This document shows, one piece after another, positions 1 through 8,523 of a stretch of 64,000 bases of DNA. Location: the IMG/VR virus record IMGVR_UViG_3300027902_000006, positions 32,001 through 96,000 of that record; one strand, 5' to 3'. Both the position numbers and the translations under genes were made by a program. The notes beneath the pieces were generated by a model, which had not been told where the DNA came from, did no database searches, and saw only the letters and a list, made by a program, of their open reading frames with translations. This DNA comes from a virus. The first letter of the stretch is position 1. Each line of letters opens with the position of its first letter.

Positions 1-1
1 A

Positions 2-708
2 TCGCTAAGTCCAAGCTTAAGTCCTAGCTTATCTCCGAGCAGGTCTCCTAGTGTATCGCCAAGTGTAAGTCCTAGTGCCTCTATAAGTCCTAGCTTAAGT
101 CCATCTTTATCTCCGTCTTTAAGTCCGAGTCTTAGTCCGTCTATCAGCCCGAGTAGAAGTCCGAGTCTTAGTCCGAGTCTTAGTCCGAGTATATCTCCTT
201 CGGTTAGTCCTTCTGCGTCGATATCTCCCTCTCTGTCTCCGAGTAGATCCCCGAGTTTGTCACCCTCGATCAGTCCGAGCGTATCTCCTAGCGTATCCCC
301 GTCCGCCTCGATCTCTCCAAGTCTGAGTCCGAGTATCTCTCCGTCTATAAGTCCGAGCCTCAGTCCCTCCATCAGTCCGAGTAGAAGCCCGTCTCTGTCT
401 CCGAGTGTCTCACCGTCTCTCTCACCTTCTATTATAACTAGTTTTAGTCCATCGCTATCTCCGTCTTTAAGTCCAAGTCTGAGTCCATCCAGATCACCTA
501 GTAGAAGTCCGAGTCTTAGTCCTAGCTATAGCCCATCGCTTAGTCCTAGTTTAAGTGGGAGTATATCTCCATCCGTATCTCCTAGTGCAAGTATCAGTCC
601 GAGTATATCACCGAGTTACTCCCCGAGTTACAGTCCTTCCGTCTCTCCAAGCGGATCACCCTCGGCGTCGATATCTCCATCTGTGTCACCATCTCCATCT
701 CCTCCACC
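2..708 (+). repeat. Degenerate 12-nt coding tandem repeat (SPSX)n
   Basis: Recurrent agtccgagtctt-like units with synonymous variation. Confidence 0.85.
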
Positions 709-793
709 TATTATGGGAAGACGTACTACGATTCTACGCTTGGGTGGACTGAGTTCAAGATACCGCTTAGTCACCCGTGATCCAAGCGAGTAA
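2..793 (+). CDS. Ser-Pro-Ser-X tandem repeat (mucin/extensin-like) protein, 5'-truncated by window edge
   Basis: Frame is open from base 2 (TCG CTA AGT CCA AGC...). About 240 aa of SPS(L/I/V/R/Y/A) units, then a short basic tail. Lies in the virion gene arm. Confidence 0.85.
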   Translation, partial: SLSPSLSPSLSPSRSPSVSPSVSPSASISPSLSPSLSPSLSPSLSPSISPSRSPSLSPSLSPSISPSVSPSASISPSLSPSRSPSLSPSISPSVSPSVSPSASISPSLSPSISPSISPSLSPSISPSRSPSLSPSVSPSLSPSIITSFSPSLSPSLSPSLSPSRSPSRSPSLSPSYSPSLSPSLSGSISPSVSPSASISPSISPSYSPSYSPSVSPSGSPSASISPSVSPSPSPPPIMGRRTTILRLGGLSSRYRLVTRDPSE

Positions 794-801
794 AAAACAT
801 T

Positions 802-843
802 CGAATTTTCTTGTAGTTCTACGGACTTACTTTATCATTAAAA
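802..843 (+). promoter_or_regulatory. Putative virion-arm promoter, copy 1 (CGAATTTTCTTGTAGTTC; TTGTAG-N16-TATCAT)
   Basis: Intergenic 18-nt exact match to 5111-5128, with a -10-like box at the same spacing. Confidence 0.65.
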
Positions 844-871
844 GAGAGTTAGGTAATGACTCCTTGGAGGC

Positions 872-2293
872 GTGATGGCTGACAATATAAAAACCCCACA
901 AGGATATGGAACTGATCCACCCGTAGCTACAGACGAGATAGGTGGGACCCATTATCAAGTTGTCAAGCAAGCCTACGGAGATCCAGACTCTGTTACTCAG
1001 GTTAGTCGAGTCAATCCACTACCTGTGGTCCCGGCTGATGCACCAACGGCAGTTACAGGGTCAGTCTCATCTGATGGACCACTCCTTTCTTGTGACACTA
1101 CTGGCTATCAAGTTATTTCTCTTCAACTATCTGGGTCTTGGCAAGGAAATGTTAAATTCCAAGCAAGTAATGACAATTCTACCTGGGTAGATGTCTTAGG
1201 TTATGGCGTTTCTTCAGAAATGTCTGCCGTAGAGTTCATAGCAAATAACGACATAATTTTGATTCCCTGTGTGGGTCGTTATTTTAAAGCGGTGGTGTGG
1301 GGATTAGTAAGTGGAACTGTGGTTGGTACGGCCTATCTTCGTCAGCAATCGCTAGCTGGTATTGGAGAAGCCCAACTCTCTCAAGCGATGGACCCCCTAA
1401 ATCTGCAGTTTTTGAACGTATCCCCGGCGGGAGTAGACCAACCGGGTTTACAACCGGTGACTCGATCATTCCCCGTGGCACTTGCTCGGGAACATATTCA
1501 GGACCTCTTCATACCCCCGAGGGCGTGGGTGGCAGGGAATCTTAACAACAATGTCATAGATCCGGCTGGTGGTGCGACTCCGGTTGATTGCCTTCAATAC
1601 CGAAGCATCCATGTCCAAATAGCAACGGGAGCGGGTGTTACCGGGGCAATAACTTTTGAGCAGAGTAATGACCTTATCAACTGGAGTGGCCTATTCTTGG
1701 AAGATCCGGGTGCCTCGGCGGCTTGGGCGACTTCTTGGACCTTGGCGGCCAGCACCACTAGGCTCTACTCCGGGGCAATTAAGGCACGGTATGTCCGGTT
1801 GAGAGTATCTACTATCTTGGTGGGGACCACGGTAGTTAGCGCAAAAGTGAGCATGACACCCCACCTGGTTGAATACTTGGCGGTGAATCCATCTTACATC
1901 AGCGGCACTGCCATCGTCACTGGAGGCTTGGCCGGATCTCAGGGCGTGGGTGGTCCCTCAGCAATCGGCGTAGTCCCCACTTACAATCCCCTCTTGGCCG
2001 GTGGTGTGGATCTTGCCAACCTTACTCGCAGGGTACGAACAGATGAATTAGGTAACCAAGTAGTAACTGGACTAGATCCAACACAAAACGCTAAAGCACT
2101 ACTCAATCCTGTATTCTCTCGACTTGCTATTTCTGGTAGGGGTGAAGAAGATACAGATATGCTCATTCGTATCTTAGCCGAGTTACGTACAATCTCGTTC
2201 TATCTAAGCGAACTGCCCTTTATGCTCCACTCTAATATTAACTTTGTTGATGACTCTTCGGATGTTTCCGACGAGGCAAGAATTAAACAGTAA
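872..2293 (+). CDS. Virion-associated beta-rich protein (two similar jelly-roll-like modules), function unknown
   Basis: 473 aa, RBS GGAGG. Repeated motif 'FQASNDNSTW' / 'FEQSNDLINW' with upstream 'D..GY/QY.SI..Q'. Confidence 0.6.
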   Translation: MMADNIKTPQGYGTDPPVATDEIGGTHYQVVKQAYGDPDSVTQVSRVNPLPVVPADAPTAVTGSVSSDGPLLSCDTTGYQVISLQLSGSWQGNVKFQASNDNSTWVDVLGYGVSSEMSAVEFIANNDIILIPCVGRYFKAVVWGLVSGTVVGTAYLRQQSLAGIGEAQLSQAMDPLNLQFLNVSPAGVDQPGLQPVTRSFPVALAREHIQDLFIPPRAWVAGNLNNNVIDPAGGATPVDCLQYRSIHVQIATGAGVTGAITFEQSNDLINWSGLFLEDPGASAAWATSWTLAASTTRLYSGAIKARYVRLRVSTILVGTTVVSAKVSMTPHLVEYLAVNPSYISGTAIVTGGLAGSQGVGGPSAIGVVPTYNPLLAGGVDLANLTRRVRTDELGNQVVTGLDPTQNAKALLNPVFSRLAISGRGEEDTDMLIRILAELRTISFYLSELPFMLHSNINFVDDSSDVSDEARIKQ

Positions 2294-2311
2294 CTAATTT
2301 AGGAGAACATC

Positions 2312-2956
2312 ATGCTCGTTCAAGCACAAGTAGGACAACCCTCTGTCTCTTCCATTCAGCCCGGTACTACACCGACGCTTCGTCTCGGACAACTTGCTGA
2401 TCTGGTTGTCAGTGAACTCCAAGGGAGATACTATGAAAACACATACCGTGGTAACGTATATGTATCATCTACAGCCGCTGTCGGTACAACTATAGTTGCG
2501 GCCAATAACTCTCCAGTAGCTGCCGGTGCCGCCGCGGCTTATGCACTTGTTAATCCTGCTGGTAATACTTTCAACGCTGCCGTGTTGAAGATCTGGGCAA
2601 GTACTATCTCTGGTACTCCAGGTGGCCCGTTGGCCCTTAACGTGATAACTCCTCCATCTGGTATTACTGCTGTTACTACTCAGACTCCTATAAAAGCGAA
2701 TACATTGACAGCCGCTGGTTCTACTATGCGTGTCATTGTTCAGTCAGCTTTAACTGGTAGTATTTTAGCTATTATGTTTAGACCTCTCGGTGGTCCAGCC
2801 GCAATCGCTGCTGGTGCTGGTGTAAACCATGTGATGGAAGATGTGGGTGGAGATATTATAATTCCTCCTGGTGGGGCTCTGCTTGTTTGTTCGACGGCTA
2901 CCGGTACTAACCATGTTGTATGTATCGGTATGGCGTGGGCTGAGTTACCTCTGTAA
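2312..2956 (+). CDS. Putative virion structural protein
   Basis: 214 aa A/G/T/V-rich, RBS AGGAG, structural arm. Confidence 0.6.
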   Translation: MLVQAQVGQPSVSSIQPGTTPTLRLGQLADLVVSELQGRYYENTYRGNVYVSSTAAVGTTIVAANNSPVAAGAAAAYALVNPAGNTFNAAVLKIWASTISGTPGGPLALNVITPPSGITAVTTQTPIKANTLTAAGSTMRVIVQSALTGSILAIMFRPLGGPAAIAAGAGVNHVMEDVGGDIIIPPGGALLVCSTATGTNHVVCIGMAWAELPL

Positions 2957-3023
2957 CCTGATGTTACTCTTTTGGCGAGTTAGAAGAGCATGGAGAAGTC
3001 GCCCGAAGACTAGAGAGGATCAA

Positions 3024-3911
3024 GTGAGAACAATAAAACAGTCGTCTGCATATAATTTGACGGTCTGTCTCGTTGATAATGTTAGCCACGTGTTGGGGTT
3101 AGCAGGAGCTAGTCTCAATGTGTGGCTATCTAAGAATGGTGGAGCCTTTTCACCGATATCGCCAACTATTACTGAACGCGTCAACGGTTGGTACAATATC
3201 GCACTTACAACAGGCAATACAGATACTTTGGGTGATCTCTCTATTCATATTGAGGCTACTGGAGCAGATCCAGTAGATATAGTCTGTCAGGTCGTGGCAG
3301 GAAGTCTAGATGCAGATGTGACTTCACGACTAGCAAGTGCGAGTTATACTGCTCCTGATAACGCTAGTATAACTACGATCAAAGGCAAAACCGATGCCCT
3401 CCCTGCCTCTCCTGCGGCAGTCGGCTCCGCAATGTCGTTAATAAGTGATTATGACGCAGCCAAGACAGCGGCTTCCGCATCAGGAGTAGCAGCCATTCCA
3501 ACAAACCCACTCCTAACTAGTGATTCTAGATTGAACAATTTAGACGCTACTATAAGTACAAGGGCGTTGGAAGTAGGTGGAAACGTGGCTTCAATTAAGG
3601 CGAAGACGGACACTCTCCCGGCTTCACCAGCTACCACTGGTTCGTTGATGAACCTAACGAGCGGTTATGATGCGGCAAAAACTGCTGCTAGTTCCGATTC
3701 AGTAGCACGAGCCTTAGGTTTGCTACAAGAGAATGTCTTCCATGATCAACTTGTCTATGACGGAAATGGACGTTTAACTGGTGGACGACGTAGACTCTAT
3801 TCAAATGCACTCTCAGTTGGGACTGATTCAAACGTTCTTGCTACCTACACAATTACTGTGGTCTGGAATTTGGATGAGACGATGCAATCCTACAAGGCCG
3901 TGAAAATATGA
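3024..3911 (+). CDS. Putative virion protein with internal repeats
   Basis: Probable GTG start at 3024 after GAGG. Repeat IK.KTD.LPASPA..GS.M.L...YDAAKTAAS occurs twice. Confidence 0.6.
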   Translation: MRTIKQSSAYNLTVCLVDNVSHVLGLAGASLNVWLSKNGGAFSPISPTITERVNGWYNIALTTGNTDTLGDLSIHIEATGADPVDIVCQVVAGSLDADVTSRLASASYTAPDNASITTIKGKTDALPASPAAVGSAMSLISDYDAAKTAASASGVAAIPTNPLLTSDSRLNNLDATISTRALEVGGNVASIKAKTDTLPASPATTGSLMNLTSGYDAAKTAASSDSVARALGLLQENVFHDQLVYDGNGRLTGGRRRLYSNALSVGTDSNVLATYTITVVWNLDETMQSYKAVKI

Positions 3912-4069
3912 GTATAGATCTACTAACTGGTGGAATGGTCCCCGCGGAGGGCATTACAGTAGAAGTGACAAGAGTGGATGGAATACAGATAGATTTAGTG
4001 ACACTACCCATACACGCTAATGTTACGATTCAAGATATCAATGTTGCAGTGGTGATAGAAAGGGGATAA
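3908..4069 (+). CDS. Small hypothetical protein (53 aa)
   Basis: ATGA overlap with upstream stop; fills the gap to the next gene. Confidence 0.5.
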   Translation: MSIDLLTGGMVPAEGITVEVTRVDGIQIDLVTLPIHANVTIQDINVAVVIERG

Positions 4070-4072
4070 CGA

Positions 4073-4411
4073 ATGGCTGATATACAAACTCTTCCAGATG
4101 TAGTGATTCAGGGTGAAGGTAGATGGTTTAAATTTACCTACCTTGATACAAACAGTCAACCAATTGTCATGCCCGCATCTGGATATATTTTTATTTTAAA
4201 ACAGAGCGTCGGGGCTGCGACTACATTGTTTACAGCCAATTCTTTTGATGTGTCGAGTAGGGCAACTGGTATTATCAGAGTAAATGTACCCGCCTCCGTG
4301 AGTATCGTTCTACCACCTGGGAGTATCTTTGGTCAGATGACTGCCGTTATTACAGCTGGAACTGACGTGGATATCCAAAAATTTAAATTTAAAGTCGAGG
4401 CTGACATCTAA
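4073..4411 (+). CDS. Hypothetical Ig-like/BppU-N-like virion protein
   Basis: 112 aa beta-strand pattern, RBS. Confidence 0.45.
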   Translation: MADIQTLPDVVIQGEGRWFKFTYLDTNSQPIVMPASGYIFILKQSVGAATTLFTANSFDVSSRATGIIRVNVPASVSIVLPPGSIFGQMTAVITAGTDVDIQKFKFKVEADI

Positions 4412-4918
4412 ATGGCTATCTATGTAGAAACAGGATCTGGAACATTGGCTTCTGCTAACTCTTATTATAGTCTAGCTTCGGCCAATACGTACTTCGAAAC
4501 GATTGGATTTTCTGATTGGATAGATGGCGATGATGATGTTAAATCAGCATCATTAATTAGAGCTTGCCTCTATATGGAAACACTACCGTGGAATGGTCTT
4601 AAGTCTCTATCTACTAATCCCTTGGAATGGCCTAGACGTAATGTACTAGATCGAAATGGTTATTATGTCTCAGCTACAGGTATCCCACTAAAGATTAAGC
4701 AGGCACAAGCAGAGATTGCTTATCGGTACTTTACTGGTGGAAATCCTGTTCCCGACTTAGATTTCTCTGGTGGTAATATTGTCAGAGAGAAAGTTGATGT
4801 TATCGAAATTGAATACGATAGAGGCGGTAAGTCCGATGTCCCAGAATACCTTTACATTGATAATCTTCTTAGACCCTTTCTAGCATCAAGTCTGAACGTC
4901 GAATTAGTGAGGGCTTAA
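4412..4918 (+). CDS. Head-tail adaptor (DnaT-like phage protein family)
   Basis: 'VETGSG...ANSY.SL..A..YF', 'L.WPR', 'REKVDVIEIEY' motifs; position. Confidence 0.8.
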   Translation: MAIYVETGSGTLASANSYYSLASANTYFETIGFSDWIDGDDDVKSASLIRACLYMETLPWNGLKSLSTNPLEWPRRNVLDRNGYYVSATGIPLKIKQAQAEIAYRYFTGGNPVPDLDFSGGNIVREKVDVIEIEYDRGGKSDVPEYLYIDNLLRPFLASSLNVELVRA

Positions 4919-4920
4919 CT

Positions 4921-5109
4921 ATGAGTCCCTGGACAGGAAAAACTTTCAAGAAAAAACACGATCAAAAACTGACAACGAAACAGGCGAATAAGGCGTCCAA
5001 GATCGCCAACGCTATACTTGCTGAGAATCCCGGTAAAGAGGGGATGGCAATAGCAACAGCCATTAAGTTAGCGACTAAGCCTCCTAAGAAGAAACCCACA
5101 AAGAAATAG
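4921..5109 (+). CDS. Small Lys-rich basic protein (DUF2188-like)
   Basis: 'MSPWT...KIANAIL...EGMAIATAIK'. Confidence 0.55.
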   Translation: MSPWTGKTFKKKHDQKLTTKQANKASKIANAILAENPGKEGMAIATAIKLATKPPKKKPTKK

Positions 5110-5110
5110 C

Positions 5111-5151
5111 CGAATTTTCTTGTAGTTCGAACAATTTCCTTTATTCTTAAA
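5111..5151 (+). promoter_or_regulatory. Putative virion-arm promoter, copy 2 (TTGTAG-N16-TATTCT)
   Basis: Repeat of the 802-843 motif, intergenic. Confidence 0.65.
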
Positions 5152-5156
5152 TAGAG

Positions 5157-5528
5157 ATGGACTACAACGGACTTAACGTAATGGTGAGGAGCCTAGTCCA
5201 CAAGTGGGGCACTCCTCTAACTCTTCAACGTGTTGGATACTCTATGTTTAGTCCGACTAAAGGAGAGTATACCTCCACAGCCACGAGTAGTTTCGTCGTA
5301 TACGGAGTGATTCGTGCCTCCTACCGAATGTGGGCCGGAGAACGTTTTTACTTCGGAGTGGAAGTACAGTCGGGAGATAGGGATATTATCATCTCTACTT
5401 CGGCCTCAGTTACTCCGCTAGTTGGAGATATTATACAAATAAAAGGAGTTGCGTATCGGCTTGTAGTATGTCAGCCAGTGACTCCGGGTGGAACGGACCT
5501 TCTTTATAAAACACTCTGTAGGAGATAA
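5157..5528 (+). CDS. Head closure/stopper protein
   Basis: Size, synteny, 'VQSGD', 'P.VGD.I', 'PGG..LLY....RR' ending. Confidence 0.7.
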   Translation: MDYNGLNVMVRSLVHKWGTPLTLQRVGYSMFSPTKGEYTSTATSSFVVYGVIRASYRMWAGERFYFGVEVQSGDRDIIISTSASVTPLVGDIIQIKGVAYRLVVCQPVTPGGTDLLYKTLCRR

Positions 5529-5532
5529 AACC

Positions 5533-5583
5533 ATGAACCAGAAATGTAAAGGTAAAGGTAAGGGCGGTAAGAAAGGCAAGTAA
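5533..5583 (+). CDS. 16-aa basic micro-protein MNQKCKGKGKGGKKGK
   Basis: GGAG upstream; stop abuts the next ATG. Confidence 0.45.
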   Translation: MNQKCKGKGKGGKKGK

Positions 5584-6129
5584 ATGGCTGTTATTACCGG
5601 TGGAATTGGATCATTTAACCTAGGTGGCGGTACGAGTTTTGGGGGTTGTGCCGCCTCTATCGAAGCGTTTACTAAGAAGACAATCGCGAAGTCCGAGAGC
5701 ATCATTCAGCGTTCTGTAATGGAAGTCTTCAAACGTATCGTTATGAGGACTCCCATTGACACTGGCAGAGCTAGGGCCGGATGGCAGGTTGGTGAGACTG
5801 CAGCTATCTCCTCTCCATTAGGAGCTGTGGGTCCCATTGGTCCTAAGGGTAAAAGTGGACGAGTAGTACAATCTCGGGCACTCGGAGGAAAGTGGGTAAA
5901 AGCAGGACGCGGTACTTTCGATAAAAGAGGTCAAGCCACTATTGCTAGTGGTAGAGCTAATATTAAAGCTGCGTTTAGAGATGGAATAGCAGCCATCATC
6001 TCAAATCCAGTATACTATGTAGTCTATCTAGAGTATGGTCATAGTCAAGCCCAAGCTCCGGCTGGTATGGTTAGAATTACAATGGCGGAATGGCCATCTA
6101 TCGTGGCAAGTTTTGGAGGAGTAGTTTGA
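5584..6129 (+). CDS. Neck/tail completion protein (HK97 gp10-like)
   Basis: 'TPIDTGRARAGW', 'Y..YLEYGHS.QAPAGMVR'. Confidence 0.85.
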   Translation: MAVITGGIGSFNLGGGTSFGGCAASIEAFTKKTIAKSESIIQRSVMEVFKRIVMRTPIDTGRARAGWQVGETAAISSPLGAVGPIGPKGKSGRVVQSRALGGKWVKAGRGTFDKRGQATIASGRANIKAAFRDGIAAIISNPVYYVVYLEYGHSQAQAPAGMVRITMAEWPSIVASFGGVV

Positions 6130-6542
6130 CGACTACTAATGAAGATATCGTACATGCTCTTAATAAGTGCTTTAGTATGTTTACTCCTACTCTAGCAACG
6201 GTGTACGAGAACCAACAGTTTAACCCGGAGCTGCTGACCCCTCATTTGCGTATTTGGCACTTGCCCGCTGAAACAAGTGTAGTCTCTTTAGGAGTTACTG
6301 GATACAACCAATATACTGGTATCTTTCAAGTGAGTTGCTTTTATCCACAAGGCTTCGGGTGGAACGACGCTAAAGTAATGGCAGGTAAAGTCTGTTCACA
6401 TTTTTATAGAGGACGACAGATTACGTATAACAATATAGTAGTTGAAGTCAGGCGATCGTGGCCTGATCCTGGTATAGCCGAGGATGAATATTATCATGTC
6501 CCGGTAAGTATACTCTATTGGTGTTTTGATAATACTTTGTAA
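6126..6542 (+). CDS. Tail terminator (DUF4128-like)
   Basis: Probable TTG start at 6126 after GGAGG; 'YEN..F.P', 'GIFQVS...P.G.G'. Confidence 0.75.
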   Translation: MTTTNEDIVHALNKCFSMFTPTLATVYENQQFNPELLTPHLRIWHLPAETSVVSLGVTGYNQYTGIFQVSCFYPQGFGWNDAKVMAGKVCSHFYRGRQITYNNIVVEVRRSWPDPGIAEDEYYHVPVSILYWCFDNTL

Positions 6543-6556
6543 GAGGTAACTAAACT

Positions 6557-7714
6557 ATGACTGTATTCTCCCTTTTTGCTGCTGGGTCTAAACATGGAGT
6601 AAGGTATGTCTCTGAGGCTACTTTTGGGATCGTCCCTCCGACTCCAGCTATGGTTTCACTTCGGCATACGGGTTGCTCATTGATTCTTAGTAAGGACACT
6701 TTCCAATCTGCTGAGTTGAGAAGCGATCGTCAGATTGCTGACTTTAGACATGGTACTCACAAGGTCGCGGGTGATATAAACGTAGAAATGTCCTATGCTG
6801 AGTTCGATCCGTTCATTAAATCCGCGTTCTGTGGAACATTTCAAACATATACCGCTGCCCTCAATTCTAAGACTGGAAACATCTCTGTAACTTTGACCGG
6901 TGGCTCTAAGTTCTTAGCTGCCATCCAGACGTTTACTTCGTTCGGTGTAGGTAGTATCATTAAATACGGAGGATCTGTCACAAACGCAGGCTACTATGTC
7001 TTGTCTGCTGTCGCTCCTCATACACTCACAGTTATGGGAGCCTTGACAGCCCAAACTGCCGCAACATCTAGAACAATTAGATTGCAGCCTGCTATCACAA
7101 ACGGAACTGCAAACTATAGTTTAACTATTGAGCGCGCTCATACTGATATCACTCAGTACCAACAGTTCAGAGGATGTGTCGTCGATAAGTTTACACTGGG
7201 CCTCAAGCCTAGCGGGATCGTCACTGGTGTATTCAGTGTTATCGGCAAGGCTGCTACAATTACCGTAACTCCGTTGAAGGCTGTTCCAACCGTTAGCCAG
7301 ACCGGGTCTCCTTACGATACGTTCTCAGGTACGCTCAGAGAAGGTGGGACACTTATCGCTACTATTACAAGTATTGATTTCAGTCTGGAGAACGGTGGAG
7401 AAGCTACTTATGTTATCGGTAGTAAATACGCGTCTAACGTGGTACTTGGAAGGTGTAATATTACGGGAACAATTGAAGCGTACTTCTCTAGCGTTCTTCT
7501 GTTGAACAAGTTCATCAACGAGACTGAAACTTCCATCGAAGTTGATATCGGTGGTAGTTCTAACTTTTATAAACTCTTCCTCCCAAGAGTAAAATATGGT
7601 GGAGGCGATACAGGAGTAACGGGCGAAGGTCCGATTATGATGAAGATGCCTTTCCAAGCTCTATATAGTTCGACCTATGGATTCACAGTCCGTATGGCAA
7701 AAATGGTGACATAA
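6557..7714 (+). CDS. Major tail tube protein
   Basis: 'E.TFG..P', 'S.ELRSDRQ..D.RHG...V.GDI..E.S'; synteny. Confidence 0.85.
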   Translation: MTVFSLFAAGSKHGVRYVSEATFGIVPPTPAMVSLRHTGCSLILSKDTFQSAELRSDRQIADFRHGTHKVAGDINVEMSYAEFDPFIKSAFCGTFQTYTAALNSKTGNISVTLTGGSKFLAAIQTFTSFGVGSIIKYGGSVTNAGYYVLSAVAPHTLTVMGALTAQTAATSRTIRLQPAITNGTANYSLTIERAHTDITQYQQFRGCVVDKFTLGLKPSGIVTGVFSVIGKAATITVTPLKAVPTVSQTGSPYDTFSGTLREGGTLIATITSIDFSLENGGEATYVIGSKYASNVVLGRCNITGTIEAYFSSVLLLNKFINETETSIEVDIGGSSNFYKLFLPRVKYGGGDTGVTGEGPIMMKMPFQALYSSTYGFTVRMAKMVT

Positions 7715-7729
7715 CGAGAGGTGTGTTTT

Positions 7730-8131
7730 ATGGATTTGACTAAGTTCGAACCGGCTACTGCTAGTATAGAAGGAGTCAAGATGGAGTTGTACCATCCGGT
7801 GACTGAGGTATCTTTCGAACCTCCTATCTACATTACTGTGATAGGGATAGACTCCGATGTTTATCGGGCCGCTCAACGCGAACTGACAAATAAACGTCTT
7901 AAGAAGGCACAGGCTAGGAACCGGTTTAGATTTCAAGCTACTGCTGAGGAACTTGAACAAGATTCAATTGACCTCCTAGCCAAGAGTGTTCTTGGCTGGG
8001 AGAATATCGAGTGGGAAGGAAAGACACTTCCTTTTAGTTATGATAACGCTAAGAAAATTGTCACCGTCCCTTGGATTAGGGAACAGATTGATACCTTTGT
8101 GGGGGATCGTGCAAATTTTTTGAAGACTTAG
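7730..8131 (+). CDS. Tail assembly chaperone (gpG-like)
   Basis: 'I...G.DS..YR', 'W.REQID.FVGDRANF'; ends at a slippery site. Confidence 0.85.
   Translation: MDLTKFEPATASIEGVKMELYHPVTEVSFEPPIYITVIGIDSDVYRAAQRELTNKRLKKAQARNRFRFQATAEELEQDSIDLLAKSVLGWENIEWEGKTLPFSYDNAKKIVTVPWIREQIDTFVGDRANFLKT
8113..8119 (+). promoter_or_regulatory. -1 programmed ribosomal frameshift heptamer A AAT TTT
   Basis: X XXY YYZ in the chaperone frame; the -1 frame is open into ORF 8158-8523. Confidence 0.85.
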
Positions 8132-8523
8132 CTGTACTTCTAGAAGATGCAACTGAGATGTGGGCTAATCTCCACTATCCAGACGAAGACGACATAACTA
8201 ATTTTCAGCGGCTAAGTCAATTAGAAGAACAAACAGGAGATGTCCATGTTCCAGAAATACATATTCCAATGGAAGGCATGTATATCTGGGAATGGTTCAT
8301 GGACCTAGCCAATAGTCGTCAGTCTGGTTTTGGGATTAGCCCTATTTCGTATTCAGAATTAAAAGCATGGAGTGAGTTATCTAGTACATACCTCTATACT
8401 TGGGAAGTTTCTATAATACGTAGAATGGATCAATGTTTTATAAAGGTCATCAACGAGTTTTCTAAACGGAAAACTAGTTCTACTAAGTCAAAGCAGTTGG
8501 GCGAGACTAGAAGGATAATGTAA
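8120..8523 (+). CDS. Tail assembly chaperone frameshift extension (gpT-like)
   Basis: 'IWEWF.DL...RQSGFG..PISYSE..AW'; -1 frame relative to upstream gene. Confidence 0.8.

Noticed and set aside
2-708. CRISPR or VNTR interpretation of the opening repeat
   Set aside because: No spacers; variation is synonymous in one reading frame.
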